This document shows positions 48,431 through 58,455 of a stretch of DNA of 64,000 bases, one piece after another. The stretch is from Candidatus Dependentiae bacterium Noda2021. GTDB taxonomy: Bacteria > Babelota > Babeliae > Babelales > Vermiphilaceae. The notes beneath the pieces are model-generated. The model saw nothing but the letters and a program-made list of their open reading frames with translations. It was not told the DNA's origin and made no database searches. Each line of letters begins with the position of its first letter. Within the stretch, counting starts at the first letter, position 1. The DNA is taken from the NCBI GenBank assembly GCA_020886235.1, contig AP025250.1:1054715-1118714 (forward strand), written 5' to 3'. The position numbers were made by a program, and so were the translations under genes.

Positions 48431-49821
48431 ATACCCCCATCATTTTTTTTAATTTTTTCTTGAATAATATTGTTGTTTTCCAGCAACGTGATCGTATCCT
48501 GCGTTAATCCGACTTTTTTTTTCAAATACTCAAGTGCTTCCTTTTTTTGGTGCACGTGTGCGTAAATAAGATATTTTTGAATATCTACATTACTATTCTG
48601 ACGCATATAATTAAGTAATTGCAGTAAACTGGGAAAATGTTTTTTGTAGTTTTTATAAATGATAGTTTTGGCACAAAGATCTATCCGCCCGACGTCACAC
48701 TGCCATAGCATAGCTGCAATATTAGTATTAGACCGCTGAATATCATCAAACGCAACACGTGGGTCAGCCCCCAACTCCAAAACTTTGTGCAGCGCACTTA
48801 TAGACATATTTTTTGAGAAAAAAAAATTTGGTAAGTACTCAATAATTGCACGATAACTTAAATATTCTAAGGGACTGAGTTGTCTATATGATTTGTACAA
48901 TTTATTGAGCAAGTCCAGTTGCGTTTTAGGGTAAGGCAGCCCAACACTGTTTATGACAGACTCTGGATGAAGCAAGAGAATTGAAAAAAACAACTTTCTA
49001 TTATTTTGATTATTCATCCAACCAATGACAGTGGGAAAAAAATCTCCAATAACAAGGTTATTCTGACCGATTTCAATTGTTTTTTTGATAACGCTCAGAC
49101 TTGCTAAAACAAATAATGAAGGAAACTTTTTGTCATTAATAAATTTGTTATTTATTTGAACTTGATCTCTAAAAAAAGTGGCCCGCTGGGATGCGTAACC
49201 GCTCACCTTAGAGCAAAAAAAATCAACGCTTTCTGTGTTCAAGCTATCCGTAGGTATTTTTTTTATATCAACGAGTGCTCCCTCATCCAACCCCCAATGG
49301 TGCTGCGTGAAAGTTGGAAGCCTTTGACTAAATAACAGCTGACTTTTTTCATGAGCAGCATGCGTAAACGGATTCACCCCCCAATTAAGAAGGTGGCTTA
49401 TTAGGACATCCGACAGCTTGGGCACGTGTAATAATTGCGAATAATAATCAAGCGCACATACATGCTCAACATACTCATAGGGACCAATATGGCCGTGATC
49501 CAAAAAGGTATTGAGCAATTTCATTTTTTTATTTTTTTGGATATGTGTTTTTTGTAAGGTTTCTACTGCTGGATGGAAAAAGTTAAAAGCAAGCAATAAC
49601 TTTCTGTGCGCATCTGATTGGTTGTTAAGACAGAGAATTATAATATCTTTTCTCATTTGTTCAGTAGTTGAGCCAAGAGGCTCTTTATAATAAGGAAGAA
49701 GGTAATTATCAAAATAGTCTTGATAAGATATATTGTGTTCTGCGCTGTAACTACAAAAAATAGTTAAAAAAAGACTTATTACCAAAACCTGAATTTTTTT
49801 AAAATATCTATCTAACCTCAC
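48427..49821 (-). CDS. Secreted hypothetical protein, paralogous to 47456..48430
   Basis: Signal peptide. The ...KVLELGADPRVAF segment resembles HALEMGADPRNLL of the neighbour. 4-nt overlap suggests co-transcription. Confidence 0.45.
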   Translation of the reverse strand: MRLDRYFKKIQVLVISLFLTIFCSYSAEHNISYQDYFDNYLLPYYKEPLGSTTEQMRKDIIILCLNNQSDAHRKLLLAFNFFHPAVETLQKTHIQKNKKMKLLNTFLDHGHIGPYEYVEHVCALDYYSQLLHVPKLSDVLISHLLNWGVNPFTHAAHEKSQLLFSQRLPTFTQHHWGLDEGALVDIKKIPTDSLNTESVDFFCSKVSGYASQRATFFRDQVQINNKFINDKKFPSLFVLASLSVIKKTIEIGQNNLVIGDFFPTVIGWMNNQNNRKLFFSILLLHPESVINSVGLPYPKTQLDLLNKLYKSYRQLSPLEYLSYRAIIEYLPNFFFSKNMSISALHKVLELGADPRVAFDDIQRSNTNIAAMLWQCDVGRIDLCAKTIIYKNYKKHFPSLLQLLNYMRQNSNVDIQKYLIYAHVHQKKEALEYLKKKVGLTQDTITLLENNNIIQEKIKKNDGGI

Positions 49822-49905
49822 CCTATTATCCCCTGTATGATAGATTCTATTATTAAGATTACTATATTCATGTGACCAGAAACTACGATTTTAAAGGAAA
49901 AAAAC

Positions 49906-50673
49906 GTGAAGAACTTTATTATTGTTTCCAACTGGAAAATGCAATTGTCCTACCAGCAGGCACTATCCTACCTAACAAGCCTAGTTAATAAAATGAGCCC
50001 TGAAACAGCCACACCTACCTTAGTTTTTTGTCCCTCGTTTGATGCTCTGGCAGGCGCTCAGGCTATCTTAAAGAACACAATTTTTAATCTAGGAGCCCAA
50101 GATTGCTCAGCACATTCTTCCGGCGCGTTTACGGGACAAGTCCAAGCAAGATCTCTTGCAGAACTTTCATGTCGCTACACCATTATTGGCCATAATGAGT
50201 TGCGTGTGTGTGGCCAAACATCAGAACTCATTGCCGCAAAAATGAGCCAGCTGAGAGCACACAACATAATACCAATTGTATGTGTCGGTGAGTCTGCTGA
50301 TGATAAACAGAACAATAATTCACAAGCGGCACTCAAAAAACAAATACAGCCGTTGGTTGATGAGCTCAATAAACATTCAAAAAATAAGAAACAAATTATC
50401 ATTGCGTATGAACCAGTATGGGCCATCGGGACATTAATTACCCCCAGCACCGAATATATTACTGCTCAACTGGTCTATATAAAAAACTTATTTAATGAGA
50501 TGACGCATCCAATTCAAATACAAACGTTATATGGAGGCAGCATTGATGAGAATACTATTACTTCATTACTCAAAATACCTGAACTTGATGGAATACTGCT
50601 GGGAAAAGCAAGTCTCGATTCTCAAAAATTTAAAAAAATAGTACGCTCATGTATGTCTATTACAAAAAATTAA
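49906..50673 (+). CDS. tpiA: Triosephosphate isomerase
   Basis: IVSNWKM and AYEPVWAIGT signatures. Confidence 0.9.
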   Translation: MKNFIIVSNWKMQLSYQQALSYLTSLVNKMSPETATPTLVFCPSFDALAGAQAILKNTIFNLGAQDCSAHSSGAFTGQVQARSLAELSCRYTIIGHNELRVCGQTSELIAAKMSQLRAHNIIPIVCVGESADDKQNNNSQAALKKQIQPLVDELNKHSKNKKQIIIAYEPVWAIGTLITPSTEYITAQLVYIKNLFNEMTHPIQIQTLYGGSIDENTITSLLKIPELDGILLGKASLDSQKFKKIVRSCMSITKN

Positions 50674-50688
50674 CTATGGAGCACACAT

Positions 50689-50994
50689 ATGTTATATGGA
50701 TTACTCGTTTCTTTGTTTATTTTTAATTCATTTTTATTAGTACTTCTTATTCTTATTCAACAAGGCAAAGGCAATATGGGCCTTGGTAATTTAGGCGGTG
50801 GCGCACAAATGCTCTTTGGTGGATCAGGCGGACAAGATATTTTTCAAAAAATCACCTGGATCTTAGGCGCAATTTTTATGGCAGGCTCATTATTATTAGC
50901 GGTAATGAAATCTTCACGTATTGATACCTATACTCGTTCAATGCGTCCATTAACAACTCAATCTGCACCTATGCCAACAGCATCTCAAGAATAA
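50689..50994 (+). CDS. secG: Preprotein translocase subunit SecG
   Basis: 101 aa. Two TM helices and a Gly-rich loop (LIQQGKGNMGLGNLGGGAQMLFGGSGGQD). Conserved tpiA-secG synteny. Confidence 0.75.
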   Translation: MLYGLLVSLFIFNSFLLVLLILIQQGKGNMGLGNLGGGAQMLFGGSGGQDIFQKITWILGAIFMAGSLLLAVMKSSRIDTYTRSMRPLTTQSAPMPTASQE

Positions 50995-51026
50995 TAGTCT
51001 ACTCAATCTGATTTAACGAGCGTGGC

Positions 51027-51806
51027 GTGGTTACAGCATTCATCACTGGCTTAGGAACAAAAACACTCATGTTGTGTAACGCCATTGGCGCGTTTACTCT
51101 TTTTTTCTACCAAACACTAAAAGTATTATTTAGAACTAAACTGAAGCTCGGTAAAGTGTTTGATCAAATCAATAGAATCGGCGTTGACTCTATTTACATT
51201 GTAATCCTTACAGGCACCTTTAGCGGTATGGTTTTTGCACTCCAAAGCTATATTGGTTTTCAGCGTGTAGGTGGCGAACAATTTATTGGAGCCGTCGTTG
51301 CTCTTGGTATGATACGAGAACTGGGGCCGGTATTAACCGGACTCATGGTGACCGGTCGCGCTGGATCAGCCATTGCCGCTGAATTAGGCACCATGAGTAT
51401 TACTGAACAAATAGATGCCCTTATAACGTTGCGTATTAATCCGTATCAGTATTTGATAGTACCGCGGGTACTTGCCGGCACTATTGCGTTGCCCTTTCTT
51501 GCTGTGTTTAGCATGCTTTGCGGTATCATGGGTGGATATATTATTTGTGTATATGTACTCCATTTAAGCCCTGAAGACTATATGAGCAACATTAAAACGT
51601 ATGTTGAATTAGCAGATATTAGAGGCGGCTTAATAAAATCAGCTTTTTTTGGATTAATTTTGTCATGGGTAGGAGCCTACAAGGGCTACCACACCACAGG
51701 CGGAGCGCGCGGAGTAGGTATTTCTACTACTCAAAGCGTCGTGCTTGCCTCAATACTTATTCTGGTAAGCAATTACTTTCTCACCAAACTTCTTGAACAT
51801 TTATAG
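51027..51806 (+). CDS. mlaE: Mla phospholipid ABC transporter permease MlaE
   Basis: TGRAGSAIAAELGTMSITEQIDAL signature of MlaE/YrbE. Confidence 0.8.
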   Translation: MVTAFITGLGTKTLMLCNAIGAFTLFFYQTLKVLFRTKLKLGKVFDQINRIGVDSIYIVILTGTFSGMVFALQSYIGFQRVGGEQFIGAVVALGMIRELGPVLTGLMVTGRAGSAIAAELGTMSITEQIDALITLRINPYQYLIVPRVLAGTIALPFLAVFSMLCGIMGGYIICVYVLHLSPEDYMSNIKTYVELADIRGGLIKSAFFGLILSWVGAYKGYHTTGGARGVGISTTQSVVLASILILVSNYFLTKLLEHL

Positions 51807-52584
51807 CGTAAGAAATTATATGGCATTGATTGATATTGTTGATCTTAAAAAAAGGTTTGATACGCACTGGATTACCAAAGGGGTAAACCTTTCTATCCCT
51901 AAAGGCCAAATGACCGTTATTATCGGAAGATCTGGCGAAGGCAAATCAGTGCTATTAAAACAAATCATTGGGCTTATTAAACCCACATCAGGGTCAATAA
52001 TAATCAATGGGGTAGATATTACTACTCTTTCTGATGCTCAACTTGAAGATCATTACAAAATGTTTGGGTACGTTTTTCAATTTGCCGCGTTGCTTGATTC
52101 CTTAACCGTGTTGGAAAACATAGGCATCACGTTGCTGGAAAAAGGTTGCTCAAAAAGCGAAATTTTACCTTTGGTAAAAGAAAAACTCGCATTAGTGAAC
52201 CTAAGTCAATCAACACTCAATAAATATCCTTCAGAATTATCTGGTGGTATGAGAAAACGTGTTGGTCTTGCGCGAACTCTTATGACAAATCCCCAAGTCA
52301 TTCTTTATGACGAGCCTACTACTGGTTTAGACCCGGTAACAACACGCGTTATCCATGAATTGATGCACGACATGCAACAAAAATTGAATATTACTTCTAT
52401 TGCAATTTCCCATGACACTGAAATTTTTAATTATGCTGATAATGTAGCGCTCCTGCATGAAGGCACTATAAAATATTTTGGTGATGCAAAAACCATTTGG
52501 GAATGTGACAACCCTTTTATTCATCAGTTTATTAGAGGTCAAACACATGGCCCTATTCAATCAGACAATCCTAATCATTATTAA
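51793..52584 (+). CDS. mlaF: Mla ABC transporter ATP-binding protein MlaF
   Basis: Walker A IIGRSGEGKSVLLK. Signature LSGGMRKRVGLAR. Overlaps the mlaE stop. The true start may be the ATG about 27 nt inside the track ORF. Confidence 0.8.
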   Translation: MNIYSVRNYMALIDIVDLKKRFDTHWITKGVNLSIPKGQMTVIIGRSGEGKSVLLKQIIGLIKPTSGSIIINGVDITTLSDAQLEDHYKMFGYVFQFAALLDSLTVLENIGITLLEKGCSKSEILPLVKEKLALVNLSQSTLNKYPSELSGGMRKRVGLARTLMTNPQVILYDEPTTGLDPVTTRVIHELMHDMQQKLNITSIAISHDTEIFNYADNVALLHEGTIKYFGDAKTIWECDNPFIHQFIRGQTHGPIQSDNPNHY

Positions 52585-53110
52585 ACGTTGATATTGGCCG
52601 CCATTCTTGCATGTCGCCCTGCTCTAGATTGTCAATTAATGATAATCCCGATTTTGTTTTTCGAATTTCTTTGACGGAAGTTTTGTGCCCTTTTTGGGGA
52701 ACTAGATTACCATTTTTATATTTGACATAAATTGTTTTATCAAGCGGCAATTCATAATGTTTGGCCTTGGCAGGTGCGCCAGCTGGCCAAATTTTTATTG
52801 ATAAAGAATTTTCAGCATCAAGGTCGCCTATCCGAATAACCGGCGATCTACTCAGATTATGCTTTTTGACCGTTTCATGCACGATAGCCTCAGTATCAGC
52901 ATAAATGATACATTCGATGTCAACGTTGCTTTTGTTTTTTATTTCGAGATAAAATTTTTGCCCTGAAGCTCGCTTGGTGTATTCAATGATGATCGCATTA
53001 ATTGATGCTACTGCAATCATGCCTACTATAATAATTATTCTTTGTACTATCTGAAAGTTCATGTTTACATCTCCTGTGTTAACTCCTAATGAGCATAGCA
53101 CCTTACACAA
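52571..53110 (-). CDS. Membrane-anchored hypothetical protein
   Basis: N-terminal TM IIIIVGMIAVASINAIII. No recognisable MCE pattern. Confidence 0.35.
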   Translation of the reverse strand: MCKVLCSLGVNTGDVNMNFQIVQRIIIIVGMIAVASINAIIIEYTKRASGQKFYLEIKNKSNVDIECIIYADTEAIVHETVKKHNLSRSPVIRIGDLDAENSLSIKIWPAGAPAKAKHYELPLDKTIYVKYKNGNLVPQKGHKTSVKEIRKTKSGLSLIDNLEQGDMQEWRPISTFNND

Positions 53111-53204
53111 TGCATTTTCAATTTAAAATTTTTTTAGAATCATTATTGTTTTATAATTGCCATTTTTACTATTATTAAAAGAGAGCTTTTTAAAAAGGGT
53201 AATT

Positions 53205-54041
53205 ATGAAGCAAGCAATATTCCTGATGGTGTTCTTTTCCTCCTTTATACCGGTGTGCGGGCAATGGCACATAAGCTCTTTGAATATAAACGCACCAAAA
53301 AACATCGTAGAAATTGCTGCTCAGTCCAAAAACAGTGTATGGGCATTAGTTCAAAACAAAGAAAATGTATTTTCAATTTATCTATGGGACGGCGCAACAT
53401 GGTCTATTGTCAGCGGTATCATAAATGGCCCGGTGCAAAGATTTGATATTATTGGCTTCGTACCAGTTATATTGACCGCTCAAGAAGCTGAATCTCAGCG
53501 CATCCTCGCTTTAAAAAATAACGCATTTATTACTCGCCACACATTCAACACTCCATTGCCCGTAATTAATATTATTGAATTTCACAACACTCTTTTAGCG
53601 TTAGAAAACTCTAAAATACACCCTATCGGTCAGCTTCCTAACGCATTACAATACCTTACCAAACTCAACCACATCTCTGATTGGACGGTAGATGAGACAG
53701 AAAGATTGTGGCTGGTAGAAAAAACATTAGTTGGACAAGGCCGACAAACGACTCTTTTTATTAAATTAAAATATTGGGATGAGTTATCGCAAACTCTTAA
53801 ACAAGCCTATCAGCAAATGGGTCCTCGGATATTTAAATTTTCAAGTGGAAGAGGAAAAACTATCTGGTCTTTGCAAGGAGACGCCCCAACTCAATTGTAT
53901 GCATTTTGGTGGGACAGCGCCGCAAACAAATGGGATATTGCCGGAGCATTGAAGGGGTTAAAAAGTATTGATGTAACTCCAGATGGCACTGTTTATGGGT
54001 TGCACCACAACAATACCATCTACGAGTGGAGAGAACATTAA
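53205..54041 (+). CDS. Secreted hypothetical protein
   Basis: The track ORF is 53157..54041. The Met at 53205 gives the signal peptide MKQAIFLMVFFSSFIPVCG. Confidence 0.4.
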   Translation: MKQAIFLMVFFSSFIPVCGQWHISSLNINAPKNIVEIAAQSKNSVWALVQNKENVFSIYLWDGATWSIVSGIINGPVQRFDIIGFVPVILTAQEAESQRILALKNNAFITRHTFNTPLPVINIIEFHNTLLALENSKIHPIGQLPNALQYLTKLNHISDWTVDETERLWLVEKTLVGQGRQTTLFIKLKYWDELSQTLKQAYQQMGPRIFKFSSGRGKTIWSLQGDAPTQLYAFWWDSAANKWDIAGALKGLKSIDVTPDGTVYGLHHNNTIYEWREH

Positions 54042-54543
54042 TATTATTTTTCAGTTTCTGGTGTACTGAGCGTCGCGGGTATTGCGCCTTGTATCGGGCA
54101 TGTATGCATCGTTTTGTCGCGATACATATAACCAAGCCAAAAACCAAATAGCCCCGTTAACAAAGATGCTACAAGCGCACGAGAACGTAGCTCATTTTCT
54201 TTTCGTTTATGTAACGAGCGACACCGATCAAAACTTATTACATCTTCAGGAATTTTGCCTTCGTGATGGTTTTTGTGAGGCTCTTTCATAGTATTTCCTT
54301 TTTAAAAATTAATTAGATCACACAAATGAGATTACAATAAAACTACTACAACCAGATTGCAATAGTTGCTACCTATTTTTGAAAATTCGGCCTTATGGCA
54401 AATCTATTGCCACGAAACTTTGTAATTTATAGGCTTGTAGCAATAATACATGTAATGTTATTTCATGAAGTTTTCTCTGGTATGTATACCCAAGGATAAT
54501 ACAATAGAAGATATCGTAAAAAAAATATGATAAGGAGTTTTGC

Positions 54544-55320
54544 ATGCTCATGTCATTACTCGCAACGTGCGCGGGGATCATTCTTGTCTACATGACGATC
54601 TTTTTTGTCAATGCCCAGATAAAAAAAGACAACAGTATTGCTGATATTGCTTGGGGCCCAGGCTTTGCGCTAATTGCGCTCTACACTCTCTTTAACAGCG
54701 GTACATTTTTCCCACGACAATTGTTAGTCACAGCCTTAGTATTGCTCTGGGCAACACGACTTTCATCCCACATCCTCAAACGCAATTGGAATAAAGGCGA
54801 AGACGCACGCTATGCACAATGGCGACAAAGTTGGGGCAAACATGCAACCCTATTCAGCTTTACCAATGTTTTTTTACTGCAAGGTTTTTTATTGCTCGTA
54901 ATTAGTTACCCGATAATGATAATCAATAGTTACTCAGATGCAACTTTAAATTACAAAGATTTTTTGGGTCTAGCAATGTGGCTCGTAGGCTTTTACTTTG
55001 AAGTAGTGGGCGACGCTCAACTTGCTGCATTTTTAAAGCAACCCGCTAACCGCGGCAAAATACTTATGTCTGGATTGTGGAAGTACACCCGTCATCCCAA
55101 TTATTTTGGTGAAGCACTGCTCTGGTGGGGAATATTTGTGATCGCGCTTTCAGTGCCATATGGTTACACCAGCATAGTAAGTCCCGTGTTAATCACCTAT
55201 CTACTCGTGTTTGTCTCAGGTATCCCACTTGCAGAAAAACAACTTGAAAAAAATGATCAATTTGCTGACTATAAAAAAAGAACGAGTTCCTTCATCCCCT
55301 GGTTTATCAATCAAGACTGA
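54544..55320 (+). CDS. Polytopic membrane protein of the DUF1295 / steroid-5-alpha-reductase / ICMT-like superfamily
   Basis: SGLWKYTRHPNYFGE motif typical of this methyltransferase/reductase-like membrane family. Six or more TM helices. Confidence 0.55.
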   Translation: MLMSLLATCAGIILVYMTIFFVNAQIKKDNSIADIAWGPGFALIALYTLFNSGTFFPRQLLVTALVLLWATRLSSHILKRNWNKGEDARYAQWRQSWGKHATLFSFTNVFLLQGFLLLVISYPIMIINSYSDATLNYKDFLGLAMWLVGFYFEVVGDAQLAAFLKQPANRGKILMSGLWKYTRHPNYFGEALLWWGIFVIALSVPYGYTSIVSPVLITYLLVFVSGIPLAEKQLEKNDQFADYKKRTSSFIPWFINQD

Positions 55321-55946
55321 AGTTGTTGAACTCGCTTTATCAAAGACATAATAGAGCCGGTAGCCTGTTCCCTAATTTTTATATTATCACTCAAATATGC
55401 TGCTTGATTAAAATATTCAAGCGCTTTAGAAGTCTTAGTATTTTCATAGACTTGCCCTAACAGGAAGTAAGCAGCGGCTCTACATTGAGTATGTGATGAA
55501 TCAAGAACAGGAATTAAATATTTTTTTACTACCTTAGGATTATTACTTAAGAGATACAATCTACCCAGAGCAACAGCGCTAAAGTATTTCTTATCATTTT
55601 TTGATGCGTCAACAACAAATGATAAATGTTTTATTGCAACGCCAACATCATTGAGCATTAGTGCGTCAAAGCCAATTTCGTGCGCAAGCTCACTCAGGGA
55701 ATGATTAAGCTTTTCATCGATAAATTGATTGCTGGCAGCAAACGACACGCACTCATTAAAATATGCATCTGCTAATTGCACAAATTGAGTCGATACGTCA
55801 ATGCGTTTTTTAATGGCTTTGTATTCTGTAATTGCCAAATCTATATGAGCGAGCAAATGGGCTAGCTCTTGCTCTTGCCTATCAAAAACTTGAACGCGTT
55901 GCATTGCAGATAAGGAAAACGAGAACAATAACAGCAATAATATCAT
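55311..55946 (-). CDS. Secreted helical-repeat (TPR/Sel1-like) hypothetical protein
   Basis: Signal peptide MILLLLLFSFSLSA. Helical-repeat character. Confidence 0.4.
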   Translation of the reverse strand: MILLLLLFSFSLSAMQRVQVFDRQEQELAHLLAHIDLAITEYKAIKKRIDVSTQFVQLADAYFNECVSFAASNQFIDEKLNHSLSELAHEIGFDALMLNDVGVAIKHLSFVVDASKNDKKYFSAVALGRLYLLSNNPKVVKKYLIPVLDSSHTQCRAAAYFLLGQVYENTKTSKALEYFNQAAYLSDNIKIREQATGSIMSLIKRVQQLQS

Positions 55947-56036
55947 AGTAACACCTAAGCTTATGTGAATTGTGACGCATTATTATCTCAATAAATTAAA
56001 GCTTAGTGTAGAGGGAAAATATGTTTAAAAAATTAA

Positions 56037-56612
56037 TTATTGGGAAGATTCTGGAGTATCCACATATAATTTTAATGTTACAATTTCTTGGATAACTTCA
56101 GGTTGAAACTTCTGAAAAAAAACTAATGGGTGGACTTTATAATACGTTACTTCTTTTAAACTATGATGTTTTTTTGGCTCTTTTTTTAGCGTACATTCGC
56201 TACGCGCAAATGAGCGTATTGATGCCTCATCAAGGTGCTGAATACCCCCATCAGAATCTATGGACATGTTGTGATTATCGCAACTTATATCAAAATACCG
56301 CTCGTTAAATACACGCGCATCAAAACTTTCATTGACATACTCCCCATTCCTGGTCAAAAATAGTGCACGCGCAAGAAAATAAGCGCCTTGCTTTTGACTA
56401 TCGTCTTTGACCAATTTGTTCCATGGCAAGCCGGTCAATGTCTCGCAATTGGTGTAGTTAAAATAGGTAGCCACCTGAGGATCGGCGTCGTGAAGCAAAA
56501 TAAACTCTTCTTTTTTCTTTTTCTTATTTCGAAGAGTTTGATTTTTTTCGTTACAGACCATCAGTGATGATAGGCAACAGCATACGATGAGTATTTGACG
56601 CAGTAACTTCAT
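56037..56612 (-). CDS. Secreted hypothetical protein
   Basis: Signal peptide MKLLRQILIVCCCLSSLMVC. 191 aa. Confidence 0.4.
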   Translation of the reverse strand: MKLLRQILIVCCCLSSLMVCNEKNQTLRNKKKKKEEFILLHDADPQVATYFNYTNCETLTGLPWNKLVKDDSQKQGAYFLARALFLTRNGEYVNESFDARVFNERYFDISCDNHNMSIDSDGGIQHLDEASIRSFARSECTLKKEPKKHHSLKEVTYYKVHPLVFFQKFQPEVIQEIVTLKLYVDTPESSQ

Positions 56613-56684
56613 ACTACCCCCTGAACTTTTTTATAATCAATATAATGGGGATCGAATAGTTAGAACAATGTAATTATTAAAAAA

Positions 56685-57206
56685 TTATCTCTCGAAATCT
56701 TTATAGAGCATGCTCGCTTGAATGCTACGATTATTCTGGTACTTATTGCTTGAATAGCGATCATATGCGCCTTCAATGGAGTGATAAAATATTTGGCAAA
56801 TTTCCACATCAGGATAAATGCGAATAGGTTGAACACAAAATATTTCCAACGTCCAAAAGCCCTTAAAACCAACGTCGCCAAACCCAGCAGTGATATGAAT
56901 AAACAATCCTAATCTACCAATAGAAGAGCGCCCTTCTAACATAGGCACGTACTCATCAGTCTCGGTATGCTCTACCGTTCTGCCTAAGTATAATTTACCA
57001 GTTTCAAGAACTAATCCTTCAGGTGGGATAATAAGTGAACGCGTGCTGTTTTTTTGCTTCATATCAAGAACAGCATCTTCGTATACCAATAGCTCATTAT
57101 GTAAGCGCAAATTATAACTATTGGGACCCAGCTGTTTTTCATTGAATGGCGCAATATTAATCTGTTTGCCGAGTTTGTTTTTTATTTCTTTGCCCGAAAG
57201 AATCAT
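56685..57206 (-). CDS. dcd: dCTP deaminase
   Basis: Full-length alignment by eye to E. coli Dcd (GRSSIGRLGLFIHITAG vs GRSSLARLGLMVHVTAH; NKYQNNRSIQAS vs AKYRNQQGAVAS). Confidence 0.85.
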   Translation of the reverse strand: MILSGKEIKNKLGKQINIAPFNEKQLGPNSYNLRLHNELLVYEDAVLDMKQKNSTRSLIIPPEGLVLETGKLYLGRTVEHTETDEYVPMLEGRSSIGRLGLFIHITAGFGDVGFKGFWTLEIFCVQPIRIYPDVEICQIFYHSIEGAYDRYSSNKYQNNRSIQASMLYKDFER

Positions 57207-57356
57207 AGAATGTAAACCTATTTTGTTTTAAAAATAAAAAATCTAACTACGTTAGAATGACTTTGTATCTATTGTAAGATTAACATAAGCTTGTTACAAT
57301 GAAACCATTATTTTTAAAAAGTTATTAGTGCGTGAGCGTTAAGCGAAAGGCATACT

Positions 57357-58349
57357 ATGATAGAAGCGCAAACACACGATAGTTCTATCATTGAACACAT
57401 TAAAAATGAAAGCTCCCGCTTTCAGGGCCTTACCCAAGAAATAAGTAAGGTGATAATTGGTCATCATGAAGTAATCAATTTTATGATGATAGCAATTCTA
57501 TGCAATGGCCACATCTTATTAGAAGGTGTTCCGGGCGTTGCTAAAACTACTATGATTAAGGCATTAACTAAGGCACTTGGATTAAAATTCAATAGAATCC
57601 AATTTACACCTGACCTCTTGCCCTCTGATGTTATCGGAACATTAATTTATAACCCTAAGACACAAGATTTTGAAACAAAAAAAGGTCCTATTTTTGCCAA
57701 TTTAATTCTGGCCGACGAAATTAATCGTGCCCCTGCAAAAGTACAGGCTGCTTTGCTTGAAGCAATGCAAGAAAAACAAGTGACTATAGGCTCACATACG
57801 TATAAGCTTGATGAGCCGTTTTTGGTTTTTGCAACACAAAATCCTATTGAGCAAGAAGGAACGTATCGACTACCTGAAGCTCAGGTGGATCGCTTCATGT
57901 TTAAATTATTGGTAGATTATCCCAACAAACATGAAGAGCGAGAGTTATTAAAACGCTCATTAGACACCAGCTCATTGCGCCAGATCCTCAATAAAGAAGA
58001 AATAATTTCAGCTCAAAAATTAGTTGATGCTGTTTACATTGATGACAAAGTAATTGATTACATGGTAAACATTGTTTTTGCAACACGATCTCCTGAGCAA
58101 TATGGGTTAAGCAACCTGAAGGCGTATATCCAATCAGGGGTATCACCGCGCGCTACATTAACACTGCATCATGCATCTAAAGCGTACGCTTTCCTAAAGA
58201 AGCGTCACTTTGTGACACCAGATGATGTAAAAGCCGTTGCGCTTGCAGCACTTCGTCATCGGTTAGTTCTTACGTATGAAGCAGAAGCCGATGGATTAAA
58301 TACTGATACGGTGATAAATAAAATATTGCAAACTATTCCTTCTCCATAG
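57357..58349 (+). CDS. MoxR-family AAA+ ATPase
   Basis: Walker A GVPGVAKTT. The MoxR motif IQFTPDLLPSDVIG. Walker B LILADEINRA. Confidence 0.85.
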   Translation: MIEAQTHDSSIIEHIKNESSRFQGLTQEISKVIIGHHEVINFMMIAILCNGHILLEGVPGVAKTTMIKALTKALGLKFNRIQFTPDLLPSDVIGTLIYNPKTQDFETKKGPIFANLILADEINRAPAKVQAALLEAMQEKQVTIGSHTYKLDEPFLVFATQNPIEQEGTYRLPEAQVDRFMFKLLVDYPNKHEERELLKRSLDTSSLRQILNKEEIISAQKLVDAVYIDDKVIDYMVNIVFATRSPEQYGLSNLKAYIQSGVSPRATLTLHHASKAYAFLKKRHFVTPDDVKAVALAALRHRLVLTYEAEADGLNTDTVINKILQTIPSP

Positions 58350-58455
58350 TAGTCAGATTACCGCAGCGGTAAGTCATTTTCACACGATTCGGGGACTTGA
58401 CAAAAAGCAAATATGAGGGGTATTGTGTGAAAGAACTTATCGAAGGAATGAATGA

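Noticed and set aside
52571-53110. MlaD (MCE) downstream of mlaEF
   Set aside because: The ORF is on the opposite strand and shows no MCE-domain pattern. A convergent membrane hypothetical is more likely. mlaD is probably elsewhere.
56685-57206. dCTP deaminase as a possible anti-phage (dCTP-depletion) defence gene
   Set aside because: It aligns end-to-end with housekeeping Dcd at normal length (173 aa). It has no N-terminal kinase or extra domains. It is treated as housekeeping.
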